A DNA stretch of 64,000 nt, from contig JAQUPE010000002.1 in assembly GCA_028716745.1 (NCBI GenBank), positions 29,819 through 93,818 of the forward strand, in the 5' to 3' direction. A program made the position numbers and the translations under genes. Source of the DNA: Minisyncoccota bacterium (GTDB lineage: Bacteria > Patescibacteriota > Minisyncoccia > UBA6257 > 02-FULL-45-10c). Positions 53,819-63,909 of this stretch are shown here, piece by piece (the stretch's first letter is position 1; each line of letters begins with the position of its first letter). The notes below the pieces were generated by a model that saw only the letters and a list, made by a program, of their open reading frames with translations, was not told where the DNA came from and ran no database searches.

Positions 53819-55459
53819 CTAGTCAATCGTAATATCTATCTTTTTCTCGTTCAACGGCACCTTGCTTACCCACACCGGCCATAAGTTAATAGTCATATTT
53901 TCAAGGCCCGGCAAGGAAAGAATCGCCTCCTTAAGCTTGGCCTGGGACTGGCCGACAATCTTCTCGCGCAATTGTTCAACATCGATCTTTTTTCTAAGCA
54001 CGGATTTAAAATCAACCGGGAAGCTCATTCTTCCGGCGGCAAAGTCCCCTCTCACTAATCCATATTCCAAACTTGATTCTTTAATTTCATATTCCTGTCC
54101 TTTTTCTTTCAATGCTCTCTCTATCAATAAACTTTTCAAGTCTTCTTCTTTAAAAACTATCGCTGTCATCTGAGCCTCTTCAAAAACAGAAAAATTATTA
54201 TCTTTATCGGCTTCTTCTTTTACGGTTTGATTCAAAACGCTGAAATTGACCGCGCCATCCAAAATTTTAAAATCTGGAGGAATCTGAGAATAAACCTCTG
54301 TCTTTAATTCGCTCTCGAGCATCTGGCTTAATTTATCTTTTGCGCTCTTAATATCAGCAGCCGTCGGATAAGAAACTTCTCCGACAAATCCTCCGCTCAT
54401 TGCCTCTTTTGATTCCCCATAAAATGCTTGGTACTTTGCAGTGCCTTTAAATCCAGGAATAGTAAAAAGTTTTGCGGGACCAATATTATAATCAACTCCG
54501 GCTTTCTCCGCGACAACATCTATTTCTAAGCTGGAAGGAACAATTTTCCCCTCAACTATATCCGCGCCCGGAACCGTCACGCTCTTCACAGAAAAAAATA
54601 TTTTTCCTTCCGGAGAAGCGAACCTTGTTTCTTTTATCAGCGGCTGAGCCTTCGTGCTATAGCCGTTATAAACAATTATTTTACCCTTTGCTTTATTCTC
54701 AACCTGTTTCTTTCCCGTAGCCTGAGCCTTTATTTCAAAATTTTTCTTCTGGGTAAATGTTTGCCCTGGAATAGCCACTTCCGACGATCCGGTTCTTGCC
54801 ACTTTTTCCACAATAACAGAATTATTATAGGCCCAGCTGGTTTTTGCGGTTAACAGCTTAATCTCGGCATGAGGCAATACCCTGAAAGCCAAAAAATAAA
54901 CCACTCCCAGCACCAAAACTGCCGTTATAAGCTTTAAAACCGTCCTGACGGTAGACATAAAAAACCCTTCCCGGTTTTCCGATTCATTTTCATCTTCGTC
55001 ATCGTCTTCTTCCTCCTCCTCTTCTTTTTCTTCTTCAATTTCAATAATCGGTTTTATTTCTATCGGCTCTCTCTTTGCTTCTTTTTTATTTTTTTTCTTA
55101 AACTTTTTTGTTTCCGGCTCTTCCCGATCGGCTTCTTTAGAAAACTCCGGCATAAAAGGATTTATTGCTTCCAGCCCGCTGGCTTTTGCATATTCAATAG
55201 ATTTATTATCAACTGTTTCTACTAAAACTTTTTTGTTTAAAATATCAGCCTCTCTTTTCAGCAAGCGAAAGTTGCTCGCTGATTCTCCAAAGTGGGAAAA
55301 ACGAGGAATTATTAAAGTAATCTCTTGGCAATCCGCGTCAATAATTTTTTCTATGACTACCGCAATCTCTTCGTCCTTGCCTACATTTATTTTTCTCGGT
55401 TCGTGCATATATATAAATTGTATCTTAAATTTAACAAACAAAAAAGCGGCTGTGGACAA
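53819..55459 (-). CDS. hypothetical single-pass membrane protein with an N-terminal cytoplasmic domain, a long acidic low-complexity linker and an extracytoplasmic beta-rich domain (start possibly MHEPRK, 55408)
   Basis: EEEKEEEEEEDDDEDENESE stretch followed by TM segment VLKLITAVLVLGVVYFLAF. No family recognised. Confidence 0.5.
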   Translation of the reverse strand: MSTAAFLFVKFKIQFIYMHEPRKINVGKDEEIAVVIEKIIDADCQEITLIIPRFSHFGESASNFRLLKREADILNKKVLVETVDNKSIEYAKASGLEAINPFMPEFSKEADREEPETKKFKKKNKKEAKREPIEIKPIIEIEEEKEEEEEEDDDEDENESENREGFFMSTVRTVLKLITAVLVLGVVYFLAFRVLPHAEIKLLTAKTSWAYNNSVIVEKVARTGSSEVAIPGQTFTQKKNFEIKAQATGKKQVENKAKGKIIVYNGYSTKAQPLIKETRFASPEGKIFFSVKSVTVPGADIVEGKIVPSSLEIDVVAEKAGVDYNIGPAKLFTIPGFKGTAKYQAFYGESKEAMSGGFVGEVSYPTAADIKSAKDKLSQMLESELKTEVYSQIPPDFKILDGAVNFSVLNQTVKEEADKDNNFSVFEEAQMTAIVFKEEDLKSLLIERALKEKGQEYEIKESSLEYGLVRGDFAAGRMSFPVDFKSVLRKKIDVEQLREKIVGQSQAKLKEAILSLPGLENMTINLWPVWVSKVPLNEKKIDITID

Positions 55460-55496
55460 CCCTGCCGCCTTTTATAATCCATTATTTCCCTCCTAC

Positions 55497-57230
55497 CTAC
55501 TCAACTGTGTATTTTATCCTTCTGGCTCCCGCGCCCACCGCCTCCTGCTTTAAAATCTTAAACTTCCCTATCTTCAAAGTATTATCAACATGCGGGCCGC
55601 CGCAAAATTCAACGCTAAACGGATGCTTTTCGTCGCCGATAAAATAAACTCTGACTATTTCGGGATATTTCTGCTTAAAAAAAGCCAAAGCTCCGGCCAT
55701 TTTGGCCTGTTCTTGGGGCATTTCTTTAAAATAAACCGGCAAATCTTTTTCTATAGCCTCATTTACTATTCCGCCAATCTTCGCTAATTCTTCTTCGGTT
55801 AATTTCCTGCTAAAAGAAAAATCGAATCTGGCACGCTCGGCATTTATATCCGAGCCCATCTGATGGACCTCCGGTCCAAGAACGTCTCTGAGGGCTTTTT
55901 GAAGCAAATGAGTCGTTGTATGAAGCCTGACAACCTTGTCCATTTCCTCTTCTGAGCCCGCTTTAAGCTCTCCCGTATCCATTAATAAACCGTGGCCGCC
56001 GAATTTCTTTTCAACGCCGGCACGGGAAATTTCCTGATGTTTTTTAAACTCATCGTCAAAATCCGCTTTATTTATATTTTTAATTTTCGCCGGCACTAAT
56101 TCCTCCAATAATTCAAACGGCAATCCAAATGTTTCATATATATAGAAGGCGTCTTTGGCGGTAATTTCTTTATAATTCTCAATTTCTTTCAATCCGTTAG
56201 CTAGCGCTTTTTCAAACTTGCTTTTCTCTTCAAGCCAAACATTTAATATTTCTTTTGTATTTTTTACTTCCGGATAGCTCTTGCCGAATTTATCGCTAAT
56301 TTCTTCAACAGCCAAAGTAAATAAGTCTGCATGAATATCATATTTTATTCCGTAAACTAAAATCCGGCGGAGCAATCTCCTCAAAACATATCCTGCTTCT
56401 TTATTTAACGGCCTTACACCGTCGGCAATTATAAAAATACTGGCTCGCAAATGATCCGCTAAAATTCTTACAACTTTAGTTTCCAAGCTTCCGCTGGATT
56501 CCCTAATTTTAGAAATTAAAGAATGAAACAAATCAGTTTCATATACATCCGGCACTCCCTGCAACATCACGGTCAATCTTTCAAAACCCATCCCCGTATC
56601 AATTCCCTGAACTTTTAATTTTTCCAATGATTTATCAGATTTTTGATAGTATTCGTTAAAAACAATATTCCACACTTCAACTCCGTCTACATAAATTTCC
56701 GTCGTCGGTCCGCAAGGACCTTCGTTGCCGGTCGGTCCCCAAAAATTGTCTTTTCTTCCAGCCTTTTTTATTTTATCTACCGGAATACCAATTTCTTTGT
56801 GCCAAATTTCAAAAGATTCTTTATCTTCAGGAACTCCTTTTTCCCCCTCAAATATAGAAACCGTAATCCTGTCTGGATTAATCCCTAAAATTTCAACAAT
56901 GAATTCATATCCCCAATGAATTGCCTCCTTCTTCCAATATCCACCGAAAGAAAAATTACCCAGCATTTCAAAAAATGTCAGATGTGTTGCATCGCCCACC
57001 TCGTCAATGTCCGATGTCCTTACACATTTCTGGACAGAGGTTGCGTTTTTAGAGCCAAAATCCTTTATCGGATCGGCTTTGCCCGTATAATACGGCTTAA
57101 ATTGCTGCATTCCGGCTGTAGTAAAAAGCACCGACGGATCATCGGGAACTAAGGACGAAGACGGCACAATCGCGTGCCCCTTCTCCTTAAAAAACTCTAA
57201 AAACTTTTTACGAATTTCTTCTGATTTCAT
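55497..57230 (-). CDS. alaS: alanine--tRNA ligase, compact 577-aa form (catalytic + editing domains, no C-terminal C-Ala region)
   Basis: N-terminal VPSSSLVPDDPSVLFTTAGMQQFKPYYTG (class II AlaRS) and editing-domain HTTTHLL...CGGPHV. Confidence 0.85.
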   Translation of the reverse strand: MKSEEIRKKFLEFFKEKGHAIVPSSSLVPDDPSVLFTTAGMQQFKPYYTGKADPIKDFGSKNATSVQKCVRTSDIDEVGDATHLTFFEMLGNFSFGGYWKKEAIHWGYEFIVEILGINPDRITVSIFEGEKGVPEDKESFEIWHKEIGIPVDKIKKAGRKDNFWGPTGNEGPCGPTTEIYVDGVEVWNIVFNEYYQKSDKSLEKLKVQGIDTGMGFERLTVMLQGVPDVYETDLFHSLISKIRESSGSLETKVVRILADHLRASIFIIADGVRPLNKEAGYVLRRLLRRILVYGIKYDIHADLFTLAVEEISDKFGKSYPEVKNTKEILNVWLEEKSKFEKALANGLKEIENYKEITAKDAFYIYETFGLPFELLEELVPAKIKNINKADFDDEFKKHQEISRAGVEKKFGGHGLLMDTGELKAGSEEEMDKVVRLHTTTHLLQKALRDVLGPEVHQMGSDINAERARFDFSFSRKLTEEELAKIGGIVNEAIEKDLPVYFKEMPQEQAKMAGALAFFKQKYPEIVRVYFIGDEKHPFSVEFCGGPHVDNTLKIGKFKILKQEAVGAGARRIKYTVE

Positions 57231-57231
57231 A

Positions 57232-58278
57232 TTATTCTTTTTCTTCCACTATTTCCGGCGCGGCTAAAATTTGCGGCTCTATGCCCGCGGCCCTGCCCGT
57301 TATTTTTAATACATCTTTATCTATCTTGGCAAATTCTTTATAGGCATGATTATACATACTCACGGTAGTTCCCAAATTTTTTCCCATCCTTTCCATATAA
57401 TCTTCGTAGCTTCCTAAATGCTTTCCTAAATTTTCAACCTGTTTGATAATCTCTTTCGCCTGCTCCGAAATCTTCTGATTTTTCAGCCCCTGTAAAACCG
57501 TCTGCAAATAAGCCAAAAAAGAAGTCGGCGAAACAACAATTACTTTTTTCTGTCCAGCATAATTTATCAGATTTCTTGTATCATCGGTCACCGCCCCGAT
57601 TTTATTTATAAGCAAATCATAATAAACCGCCTCGGATGGAATAAACATAAAAGCGAAATCCATCGTATCTTCTTCCGGTTTAACATATTTAGAAGTTTCA
57701 TCTATGCGGTTTTTCAAATCCCCCACAAAAGCTTTTTCATATCTTTCTTTTTCCGCCGGCTCGCGCGCCTCCAGAATCCTGTTATAGTTTTCCAAGCTGA
57801 ATTTTGAATCTATAGGAATTATTCTTTTATCAATCTTAACTACTGCATCGACAATAACTCCATTTTTAAAAGGATATTGCATTTCATAAGAGCCCGGAGG
57901 CAAAACATTTTTTAAAACGGTTTCTAAATAATATTCCCCTAAAATTCCCCTCTGTTTCGGATTTTTAAGAATATCCTGAAGATTTTTTAATTGATCGGCG
58001 AAATTAACAACTTGCCTATTTGTCTCGTCCAACTTAGTTAATTTTTCCGTAACATCACGGACAATTTTCACGCTCTCGCCGAATTGCTTCTGAATCGCCT
58101 GTGTCATCTCTCCCTTGCTGGAATCCAAGCTCCTGGTTATTTCGTGAAGCTGATTTTGTAAAAGCATCATCGCTGAATCATCGGCTGGCTTTTTCTCATT
58201 CTGAGTCTTCAAATACCAAAAAATACCGGCAAATCCGGCAACCATAGCCACTAAAATAACGATTAAAAGAGTCGTCAT
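57232..58278 (-). CDS. rmuC: DNA recombination protein RmuC
   Basis: N-terminal TM and coiled coil, with a C-terminal RmuC-type pattern (...FMFIPSEAVY...VIVVSPTS...). Confidence 0.8.
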   Translation of the reverse strand: MTTLLIVILVAMVAGFAGIFWYLKTQNEKKPADDSAMMLLQNQLHEITRSLDSSKGEMTQAIQKQFGESVKIVRDVTEKLTKLDETNRQVVNFADQLKNLQDILKNPKQRGILGEYYLETVLKNVLPPGSYEMQYPFKNGVIVDAVVKIDKRIIPIDSKFSLENYNRILEAREPAEKERYEKAFVGDLKNRIDETSKYVKPEEDTMDFAFMFIPSEAVYYDLLINKIGAVTDDTRNLINYAGQKKVIVVSPTSFLAYLQTVLQGLKNQKISEQAKEIIKQVENLGKHLGSYEDYMERMGKNLGTTVSMYNHAYKEFAKIDKDVLKITGRAAGIEPQILAAPEIVEEKE

Positions 58279-58307
58279 ACTGAAATTATATCAGAAACTT
58301 TCTCAAT

Positions 58308-58889
58308 TTACTTCTTCCCCGCCTCTCTCATATTTATCATCAGCTCAGCTTTGCCCATATTCAATTCCTTGCCGGTATTTATTCCCAAGCCTTTAATAAA
58401 GCTTCTTATTTCTTCCTTAATTCCGAATATTGCCGAATCCGATCCGGCGATATAATTGCTTTGCACTTCCAAAAACAATCCCAAATCTTTTACGTCCTCA
58501 AAAACAATTTCATATTTATCTGTTTTAAAAACATGCTTTTCGCTATCCACTACAATCAGCTGTTTGAGGCCTAAATGCTTGATTGTCTCAAGCGCCATCT
58601 TATAATCCGACGCCTCATATTCATATTCGTCCGAATAAAGCCAGGTATCGGTATTGGCCACAAAATGGTCTACCTTATAAGTAATAAGCGCTTTGTCGCC
58701 TTTTCTCCTGGCCCTGAAACATTCATTAAGCCGGTTTAAATGATCGGGCTTTAAATTATTTCTTACCGGATCATAAAAATAAGTATCAACAACTTTTTCA
58801 ACTCCAACAAAGAAAAACTTCTTAAGCGCCTGCAATGCGCTCTTCTTGCTGTCTAAAACCGGAACTAAAACTTCTATTTCTTTTGCCAT
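58308..58889 (-). CDS. CYTH-domain protein (class IV adenylyl cyclase / triphosphate-tunnel family)
   Basis: N-terminal EIE motif (MAKEIEVLV), conserved basic residues, about 190 aa. Confidence 0.6.
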   Translation of the reverse strand: MAKEIEVLVPVLDSKKSALQALKKFFFVGVEKVVDTYFYDPVRNNLKPDHLNRLNECFRARRKGDKALITYKVDHFVANTDTWLYSDEYEYEASDYKMALETIKHLGLKQLIVVDSEKHVFKTDKYEIVFEDVKDLGLFLEVQSNYIAGSDSAIFGIKEEIRSFIKGLGINTGKELNMGKAELMINMREAGKK

Positions 58890-58896
58890 TAAATTA

Positions 58897-59580
58897 TTAT
58901 TCCAATTCCGTTAACGCTTTTTTGGCCGCCTCTACTTCGGCGTCCTGTTTTGATTCCCCTCTGCCTTCGGCAATAAGCTTATCTTTTAAATAAACGCCTA
59001 CTGTAAAAACCTTGCTGTGATCAGGGCCTGTTTCGGCCAAAGTTTTATAAATCGGCGTTACTTTCATTTCTTCCTGTGTTTTTTCCTGAAGCAGACTTTT
59101 TGCGTCTCTATATAACTTTTTTTCTATAACCTCTTTAAGTTTCGGCATTATGAACTTATCAATAAATTTCTTAGCCGCATCATATCCGCCATCCAAATAA
59201 ATCGCGCCGATCAGCGCCTCGCAGGCATTAGCCAAAATAACATCGCGCGCTCTGCCTTTATCTTTAGCCTCTCCCCTGGAAAGCAATAAATATTTTTCCA
59301 AACCGATATCTTTCGCCACCACGGACATCATCAAATAATTCACCAACGCCGCTCGGTATGTGGTCAAAGTTCCCTCTTCAAAATTAGGAAAGTTTAAAAA
59401 TAAGTTTTCTGTTGTCGCCAATTCTAAAACCGCATCCCCTAAAAATTCCATGCGCTCATTATTAGACACCTTCCATTTAGGGTTCTCATTAAGATAAGAA
59501 CGGTGAGTCAGCGCTTCTTTCAATAAATTTCCGTTCTTAAATTTATAACTGATTTTATTTTCTAATTTTTCGGTTTCCAT
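58897..59580 (-). CDS. rnc: ribonuclease III
   Basis: ERMEFLGDAVLELA signature plus a C-terminal dsRBD. Confidence 0.9.
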   Translation of the reverse strand: METEKLENKISYKFKNGNLLKEALTHRSYLNENPKWKVSNNERMEFLGDAVLELATTENLFLNFPNFEEGTLTTYRAALVNYLMMSVVAKDIGLEKYLLLSRGEAKDKGRARDVILANACEALIGAIYLDGGYDAAKKFIDKFIMPKLKEVIEKKLYRDAKSLLQEKTQEEMKVTPIYKTLAETGPDHSKVFTVGVYLKDKLIAEGRGESKQDAEVEAAKKALTELE

Positions 59581-60074
59581 TATTCCTTTTTCTTATCTTC
59601 CGATTCTTTTTCCTTATCTTCGTTCTTTTTTTCTTTCGGCTTATCGTCTTTTCCCGGCTCGCCCAATTCTCTGTAAATAGTTCCCAAAACTCCGTTAATA
59701 AACTTGCCTGAATTTATTCCTCCATAATTTTTTGCAATTTCTATAGCTTCATTAATCGCAACCTTCGGAGGCACTTCCGCACGATCCGCATACAAAAGCT
59801 CATAAAGCCCGATACGCAAAGCGTTCCTATCTACTATAGAAATCTGTTCCAGCGGCCACTCCGGAGCAGCCTTCCTTATAACATTATCTATATCCTCTTT
59901 ATGCTCAATTATCCCCTTAACCAATTTCCACGCAAATTCAGGCTCGTCTATTCCCGGCCCGAACTCCTGTAAGTTGCGCTCAACAATTTTAGCCAAATCC
60001 GCCTTTTGGTTTTGAAAGTCCCATTCATATAAGGACTGAAGGATTATAGATCTGACCAATTGTCGAGTAGCCAT
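59580..60074 (-). CDS. nusB: transcription antitermination factor NusB with a Lys/Glu-rich C-terminal tail
   Basis: [11 protein letters not shown]...[11 protein letters not shown] pattern. Confidence 0.85.
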   Translation of the reverse strand: MATRQLVRSIILQSLYEWDFQNQKADLAKIVERNLQEFGPGIDEPEFAWKLVKGIIEHKEDIDNVIRKAAPEWPLEQISIVDRNALRIGLYELLYADRAEVPPKVAINEAIEIAKNYGGINSGKFINGVLGTIYRELGEPGKDDKPKEKKNEDKEKESEDKKKE

Positions 60075-60077
60075 AGT

Positions 60078-60236
60078 TTATTTCTTATAAGTCTTGCATT
60101 TTCCGCAAGCCCTATGCGATAAAACTGGAGCTTTGCAATTTGAGCAAACAGAAAGCTTTACTTTCTTTAAGGCCAAATGCGAACGGCTCCGTCCTACCTT
60201 GGATTTTGAACGATGTTTTACTGGTACTCCACCCAT
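60078..60236 (-). CDS. rpmF: 50S ribosomal protein L32 (52 aa), absent from the ORF track
   Basis: Manual translation gives MGGVPVKHRSKSKVGRSRSHLALKKVKLSVCSNCKAPVLSHRACGKCKTYKK. L32 N-terminal basic motif plus C-x2-C...C-x2-C zinc ribbon. The stop lies 3 nt before the nusB ATG. Confidence 0.8.
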   Translation of the reverse strand: MGGVPVKHRSKSKVGRSRSHLALKKVKLSVCSNCKAPVLSHRACGKCKTYKK

Positions 60237-60267
60237 AGTTTTTAATGTTAATTCAATTAGAAGAATA

Positions 60268-60855
60268 TCATAAATTTTTCAGAAAGGTCAAACGATGAAT
60301 TTTTAAAGGACCATGTTTCTTGATTATCTTAATATGATGCTTGGTTCCATATCCCTTATGCATATCAAACCCGTATTTTTTAAACTTTTCGGCATATTTT
60401 TCTAATAAGCCGTCTCTATCGACTTTGGCCGCTATCGAAGCCAGTTTTATCGCTGTTATTTTTTCATCTCCTTTTATAATTGTCCGAGCCTTATATTTTT
60501 CCGAAACAAATAATCCTCCGTCAAGCAAAACTCTGCATTTTTTATAATTTAATTTATATGTGCCGAAAAGTTTTTCGAGAGACCGGTTTGCCGCCAAATT
60601 CGCCGCCTGTGAAATATTTATCTTATCTATAATATTCGGATAAACCCTTGAAACCGCGTAAAAAATTTGCGGGCATTTTTTAATATATTCCAGCCACTCT
60701 TCTCTTTGCTTAGCCGATAATTTTTTAGAATCTTTAAGACCGGTTTTTTTTATTTTTAAACCTTCCGGCAAAGCTAATGCGCAAACCGCCACCGGGCCCG
60801 CAAGCGGTCCTCTTCCAACCTCATCTATGCCGATAATATATTTTTTTGAAGACAT
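60268..60855 (-). CDS. rnhB: ribonuclease HII
   Basis: IIGIDEVGRGPLAGPVAV...LKDSKKLS.... Confidence 0.9.
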   Translation of the reverse strand: MSSKKYIIGIDEVGRGPLAGPVAVCALALPEGLKIKKTGLKDSKKLSAKQREEWLEYIKKCPQIFYAVSRVYPNIIDKINISQAANLAANRSLEKLFGTYKLNYKKCRVLLDGGLFVSEKYKARTIIKGDEKITAIKLASIAAKVDRDGLLEKYAEKFKKYGFDMHKGYGTKHHIKIIKKHGPLKIHRLTFLKNL

Positions 60856-60916
60856 ATCTAATTTTAGCTTATTAAATCAAAAAGCTATTAATAAAAAGAA
60901 GTCTAAAAACAAAAAA

Positions 60917-61411
60917 TTAGTCCAGGGCCCTGGAGCTTACGGTTGTCTGAATATTGATAACCGGATTATTAAACTCAGGCGCGTTTGGCACTCCGATTTG
61001 CATAAAAATAGTTATCTTGGCCGGCGGAGCAGCCACTAAATTAAATTCCATTTTTTTAACCACGACATCCTCGGCGGTTATCTGCGCATCGTTTCTTTCT
61101 ATAAAATCTCCGTCCTGCTTATAGGTAACGCTCTCCCCGAAAGAATTGGTAAAGCTGATCTCTTGCGGATTTGCCGAAGAAAAACCGTAGCCCGTCCTCA
61201 TTTCGCGCGACATCTGCTCTATCGCCAGCTCCGCATTATTATCAGCCGCAATCAAAGCCGTGGTTACCCGCTGACTGCGCAAAGATCTGACAAAAACACC
61301 CGAAACAACGCTTATTACGGACAAAAACAAGGTAATTGCCACCAGCGTTTCCACCATGGTAAAACCTCCTCGCTTCAATAAAACTTTTTTATTTTTTAAA
61401 ATTTTATTCAT
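60917..61411 (-). CDS. type IV pilin-like protein (minor pilin/pseudopilin) with a class III signal peptide
   Basis: KRGGF|TMVETLVAITLFLSV prepilin cleavage/methylation motif. Confidence 0.65.
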   Translation of the reverse strand: MNKILKNKKVLLKRGGFTMVETLVAITLFLSVISVVSGVFVRSLRSQRVTTALIAADNNAELAIEQMSREMRTGYGFSSANPQEISFTNSFGESVTYKQDGDFIERNDAQITAEDVVVKKMEFNLVAAPPAKITIFMQIGVPNAPEFNNPVINIQTTVSSRALD

Positions 61412-61916
61412 ATCGCCATCTGAAAAAATGATCTTCTAAAACGACCGAGAGCTTGTCCGATGCCGAGCCCCCTCTGCCAATCCAGCTGACCGTTGAAACA
61501 ACTTTTATTTCATCAACGCTGACATTTTCAATAGTAATTTTCCTGTCATATTTAGTCGGCTCTCCGTCGCTATAGTTATATCCCTCGTCTCCCGAAAACA
61601 TTAAAGTTCCGTTTCCGTTATATTCGTTTCCCGCTAAAGATTCGTCTTTATAATCTATTTTATAATCATCGTCTTCTATACCCTCGTTCCACGGACGGCT
61701 ATTAACTATATTTTTATCAACTAAATTTTTTATCAGCTCAATTCCTTCCGAAGATAAATTTGCGGCGATATATTTATCGGAAACAAAAACATTCAAACTC
61801 AAAGATTTTGAAACAAGAGAAAATACTCCGAGCAAGCCGACAATCGCAACTGTTAAGGCCACCATAGCCTCTATAATCACCTGTCCTTTTTGATTTTTAA
61901 AATTTATATTTTTCAT
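61404..61916 (-). CDS. type IV pilin-like protein (minor pilin)
   Basis: KGQ|VIIEAMVALTVAIVGLLGV prepilin-like N-terminus. Confidence 0.6.
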   Translation of the reverse strand: MKNINFKNQKGQVIIEAMVALTVAIVGLLGVFSLVSKSLSLNVFVSDKYIAANLSSEGIELIKNLVDKNIVNSRPWNEGIEDDDYKIDYKDESLAGNEYNGNGTLMFSGDEGYNYSDGEPTKYDRKITIENVSVDEIKVVSTVSWIGRGGSASDKLSVVLEDHFFRWRYE

Positions 61917-62449
61917 CTTGAAGTGCTTACCTGGCCCGCGCTATTAATTTTAACTATAACCGGCGAAGATAATCCATCCTTGGTGTTAACTTCTATTTTC
62001 CTTGTATTTTCCCCGGGCTGATCAAAAACAGTTGTTGAATAAGGGAAAGTAAATACCACCTCATTTAATTCCAGCAAAGAAAACTTTGCTCTTTCATCCA
62101 ATTGATCTTCTTTAAAAGTAATCTCCTGCGCCGAATCGAATGGCGCAACGCAATCCTTGGTTTTGAAAATAATGAAGGTTCCGTTATCTTCGTCAAATTT
62201 TACCCCGTAACCGCAATATTTTTCGGCGCCATCAATAATTCCTAGTCCCTGAATCGACAATGCCTTAGCTCGCAGCACTGCATTAACTATTTTTGCCTGC
62301 TCCTTAATCAGAATAAGCTGCTTCTCTCCGCCGCGATTATAAACAATCAAAATAGCGGATAAGGCCATCAATACTCCTGCCGTCACCAATGTTTCAATCA
62401 AAGTAAATCCTTTTTCTCGGTTATTTTTAAACATTTGTCTTACCTTCAT
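61913..62449 (-). CDS. type IV pilin-like protein (minor pilin)
   Basis: KG|FTLIETLVTAGVLMALSAI. Confidence 0.65.
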   Translation of the reverse strand: MKVRQMFKNNREKGFTLIETLVTAGVLMALSAILIVYNRGGEKQLILIKEQAKIVNAVLRAKALSIQGLGIIDGAEKYCGYGVKFDEDNGTFIIFKTKDCVAPFDSAQEITFKEDQLDERAKFSLLELNEVVFTFPYSTTVFDQPGENTRKIEVNTKDGLSSPVIVKINSAGQVSTSR

Positions 62450-62502
62450 TATAGTAAAAAATACGCCGCATTAAAACGGCGCTCTATGAAATGTAAAAAC
62501 AT

Positions 62503-63378
62503 TTAAAAAATATTGAAAATTCTGAAATACCCGCCCAAAATCGTCTGGCCGAAAAATATAACCAATAATGACCCGGAAACCAATAATGGACCGAAAGGCA
62601 CCGCTTCCTTTATCCCCTTTATTCCCCTGATTATCAAAAATATTCCCAAAATTGCGCCTAAAATAAAGGCGAAAATTAAAACAAATAGAATGTCCGGCCA
62701 GCCGAAAATAAGTCCAAGAGCTAACACAAGCTTTAGATCGCCCATTCCCATTCCTCGTCCGCGAGTCAAAAGAATAATCAATCCGACAATAACTAAAGCT
62801 ACTGCAACACCAAATAAATGATTAATCCAGATATTTTCCCTAAAACCGAAAAGCATTGCATAATTTTTTATGAAAGAGCCCATCATTGTTCCAAATTGAT
62901 GAAAATGATACTCAACATAAGTTAAAGCCGCTCCGAGAATTCCCAAAAAAACATTCAGCTCGTCCGGTATGATATAAAAACGATAATCAATAAGCCAAAC
63001 CAACAGCAAAGAAAGCATTATTAAAATCCAAAGCCCTCCGGCAAGCCAGACAAAAGTTGCCGGGATAAAAACGCTTTTAATAAAAATAGCCGGAAAAACA
63101 AATATTAGTCCGCTAGCAAGTTCCACCAAAAAATATTGCCAAGAAAGCTTTACGGCGCACCCCCTGCATTTTCTTTTTTGAATTACAAAACTTAATAATG
63201 GGATTAATTCATACCATTTCAATTGCTTCTGGCAAGACATGCATTTTGATCGTCCCCTAAGCCTTTTGAGGCAAAATAAATTTTCCTCAGGCGAATAGCG
63301 AAAAATTACAACATTTAAAAAACTTCCGATTATTAATCCGAAAACAAACAGGATTACATATAACAAAGTCGTAGACAT
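62503..63378 (-). CDS. pilD: prepilin peptidase (A24 family)
   Basis: Polytopic membrane protein. N-terminal zinc-binding CMSC...CRGC pairs and catalytic Asp-containing loops. Confidence 0.85.
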   Translation of the reverse strand: MSTTLLYVILFVFGLIIGSFLNVVIFRYSPEENLFCLKRLRGRSKCMSCQKQLKWYELIPLLSFVIQKRKCRGCAVKLSWQYFLVELASGLIFVFPAIFIKSVFIPATFVWLAGGLWILIMLSLLLVWLIDYRFYIIPDELNVFLGILGAALTYVEYHFHQFGTMMGSFIKNYAMLFGFRENIWINHLFGVAVALVIVGLIILLTRGRGMGMGDLKLVLALGLIFGWPDILFVLIFAFILGAILGIFLIIRGIKGIKEAVPFGPLLVSGSLLVIFFGQTILGGYFRIFNIF

Positions 63379-63400
63379 TATTTAGTGATTTAATTCTGAA

Positions 63401-63856
63401 TTACAAAGAAACGCAAAAATTCGGGGCAGTACACGGAGCATAGGCCGCGCATTTCGGAGTCGTCTCACTGTCATTAAAAAGCGGATCATTGGCATCAGTA
63501 GTATCAAGCGTTGCCCTTAAGGTATAGCTCTGTTCGCTGTCACAAGCTATGTAATCATAGGCAGTTTCAGTTTTTGGATCCATAGGTACCTTGCTTATGC
63601 CCAGTCCCGCATCAGCTCCCGCAAGAATGGCATATCCCTCAACGGTCGTCGGATAAGAATTGTTTTTTGAATAATAAAGCTCCAAACCGTTTTGAATAGA
63701 CTTTAAATCCGCCACCCTTCTGGAATCTCTTCCTCGCGCTCTGAATCCGCTCAAACCGACTAAAAACACCGAAGCAAGCAATCCTATAATAGAAACAACT
63801 ACCAAGACTTCGATTAATGTGAATCCCTTCTGGCTTTTTAATGATTGTTTATGCAT
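63401..63856 (-). CDS. type IV pilin (candidate major pilin)
   Basis: KG|FTLIEVLVVVSIIGLLASV followed by a C-terminal domain with Cys pairs. Confidence 0.75.
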   Translation of the reverse strand: MHKQSLKSQKGFTLIEVLVVVSIIGLLASVFLVGLSGFRARGRDSRRVADLKSIQNGLELYYSKNNSYPTTVEGYAILAGADAGLGISKVPMDPKTETAYDYIACDSEQSYTLRATLDTTDANDPLFNDSETTPKCAAYAPCTAPNFCVSL

Positions 63857-63909
63857 ATTTATTAGAATTAAACCCGAACGACTTTTTACAATTAATAAAA
63901 TTATAACAT

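Noticed and set aside
60856-60916. ccagggccctgg palindrome as a member of the 33-nt GC-repeat family
   Set aside because: It is only 12 nt, lies inside the pilin coding sequence, and shares merely a ccctgg core with the repeat. That is insufficient to call it a third copy.
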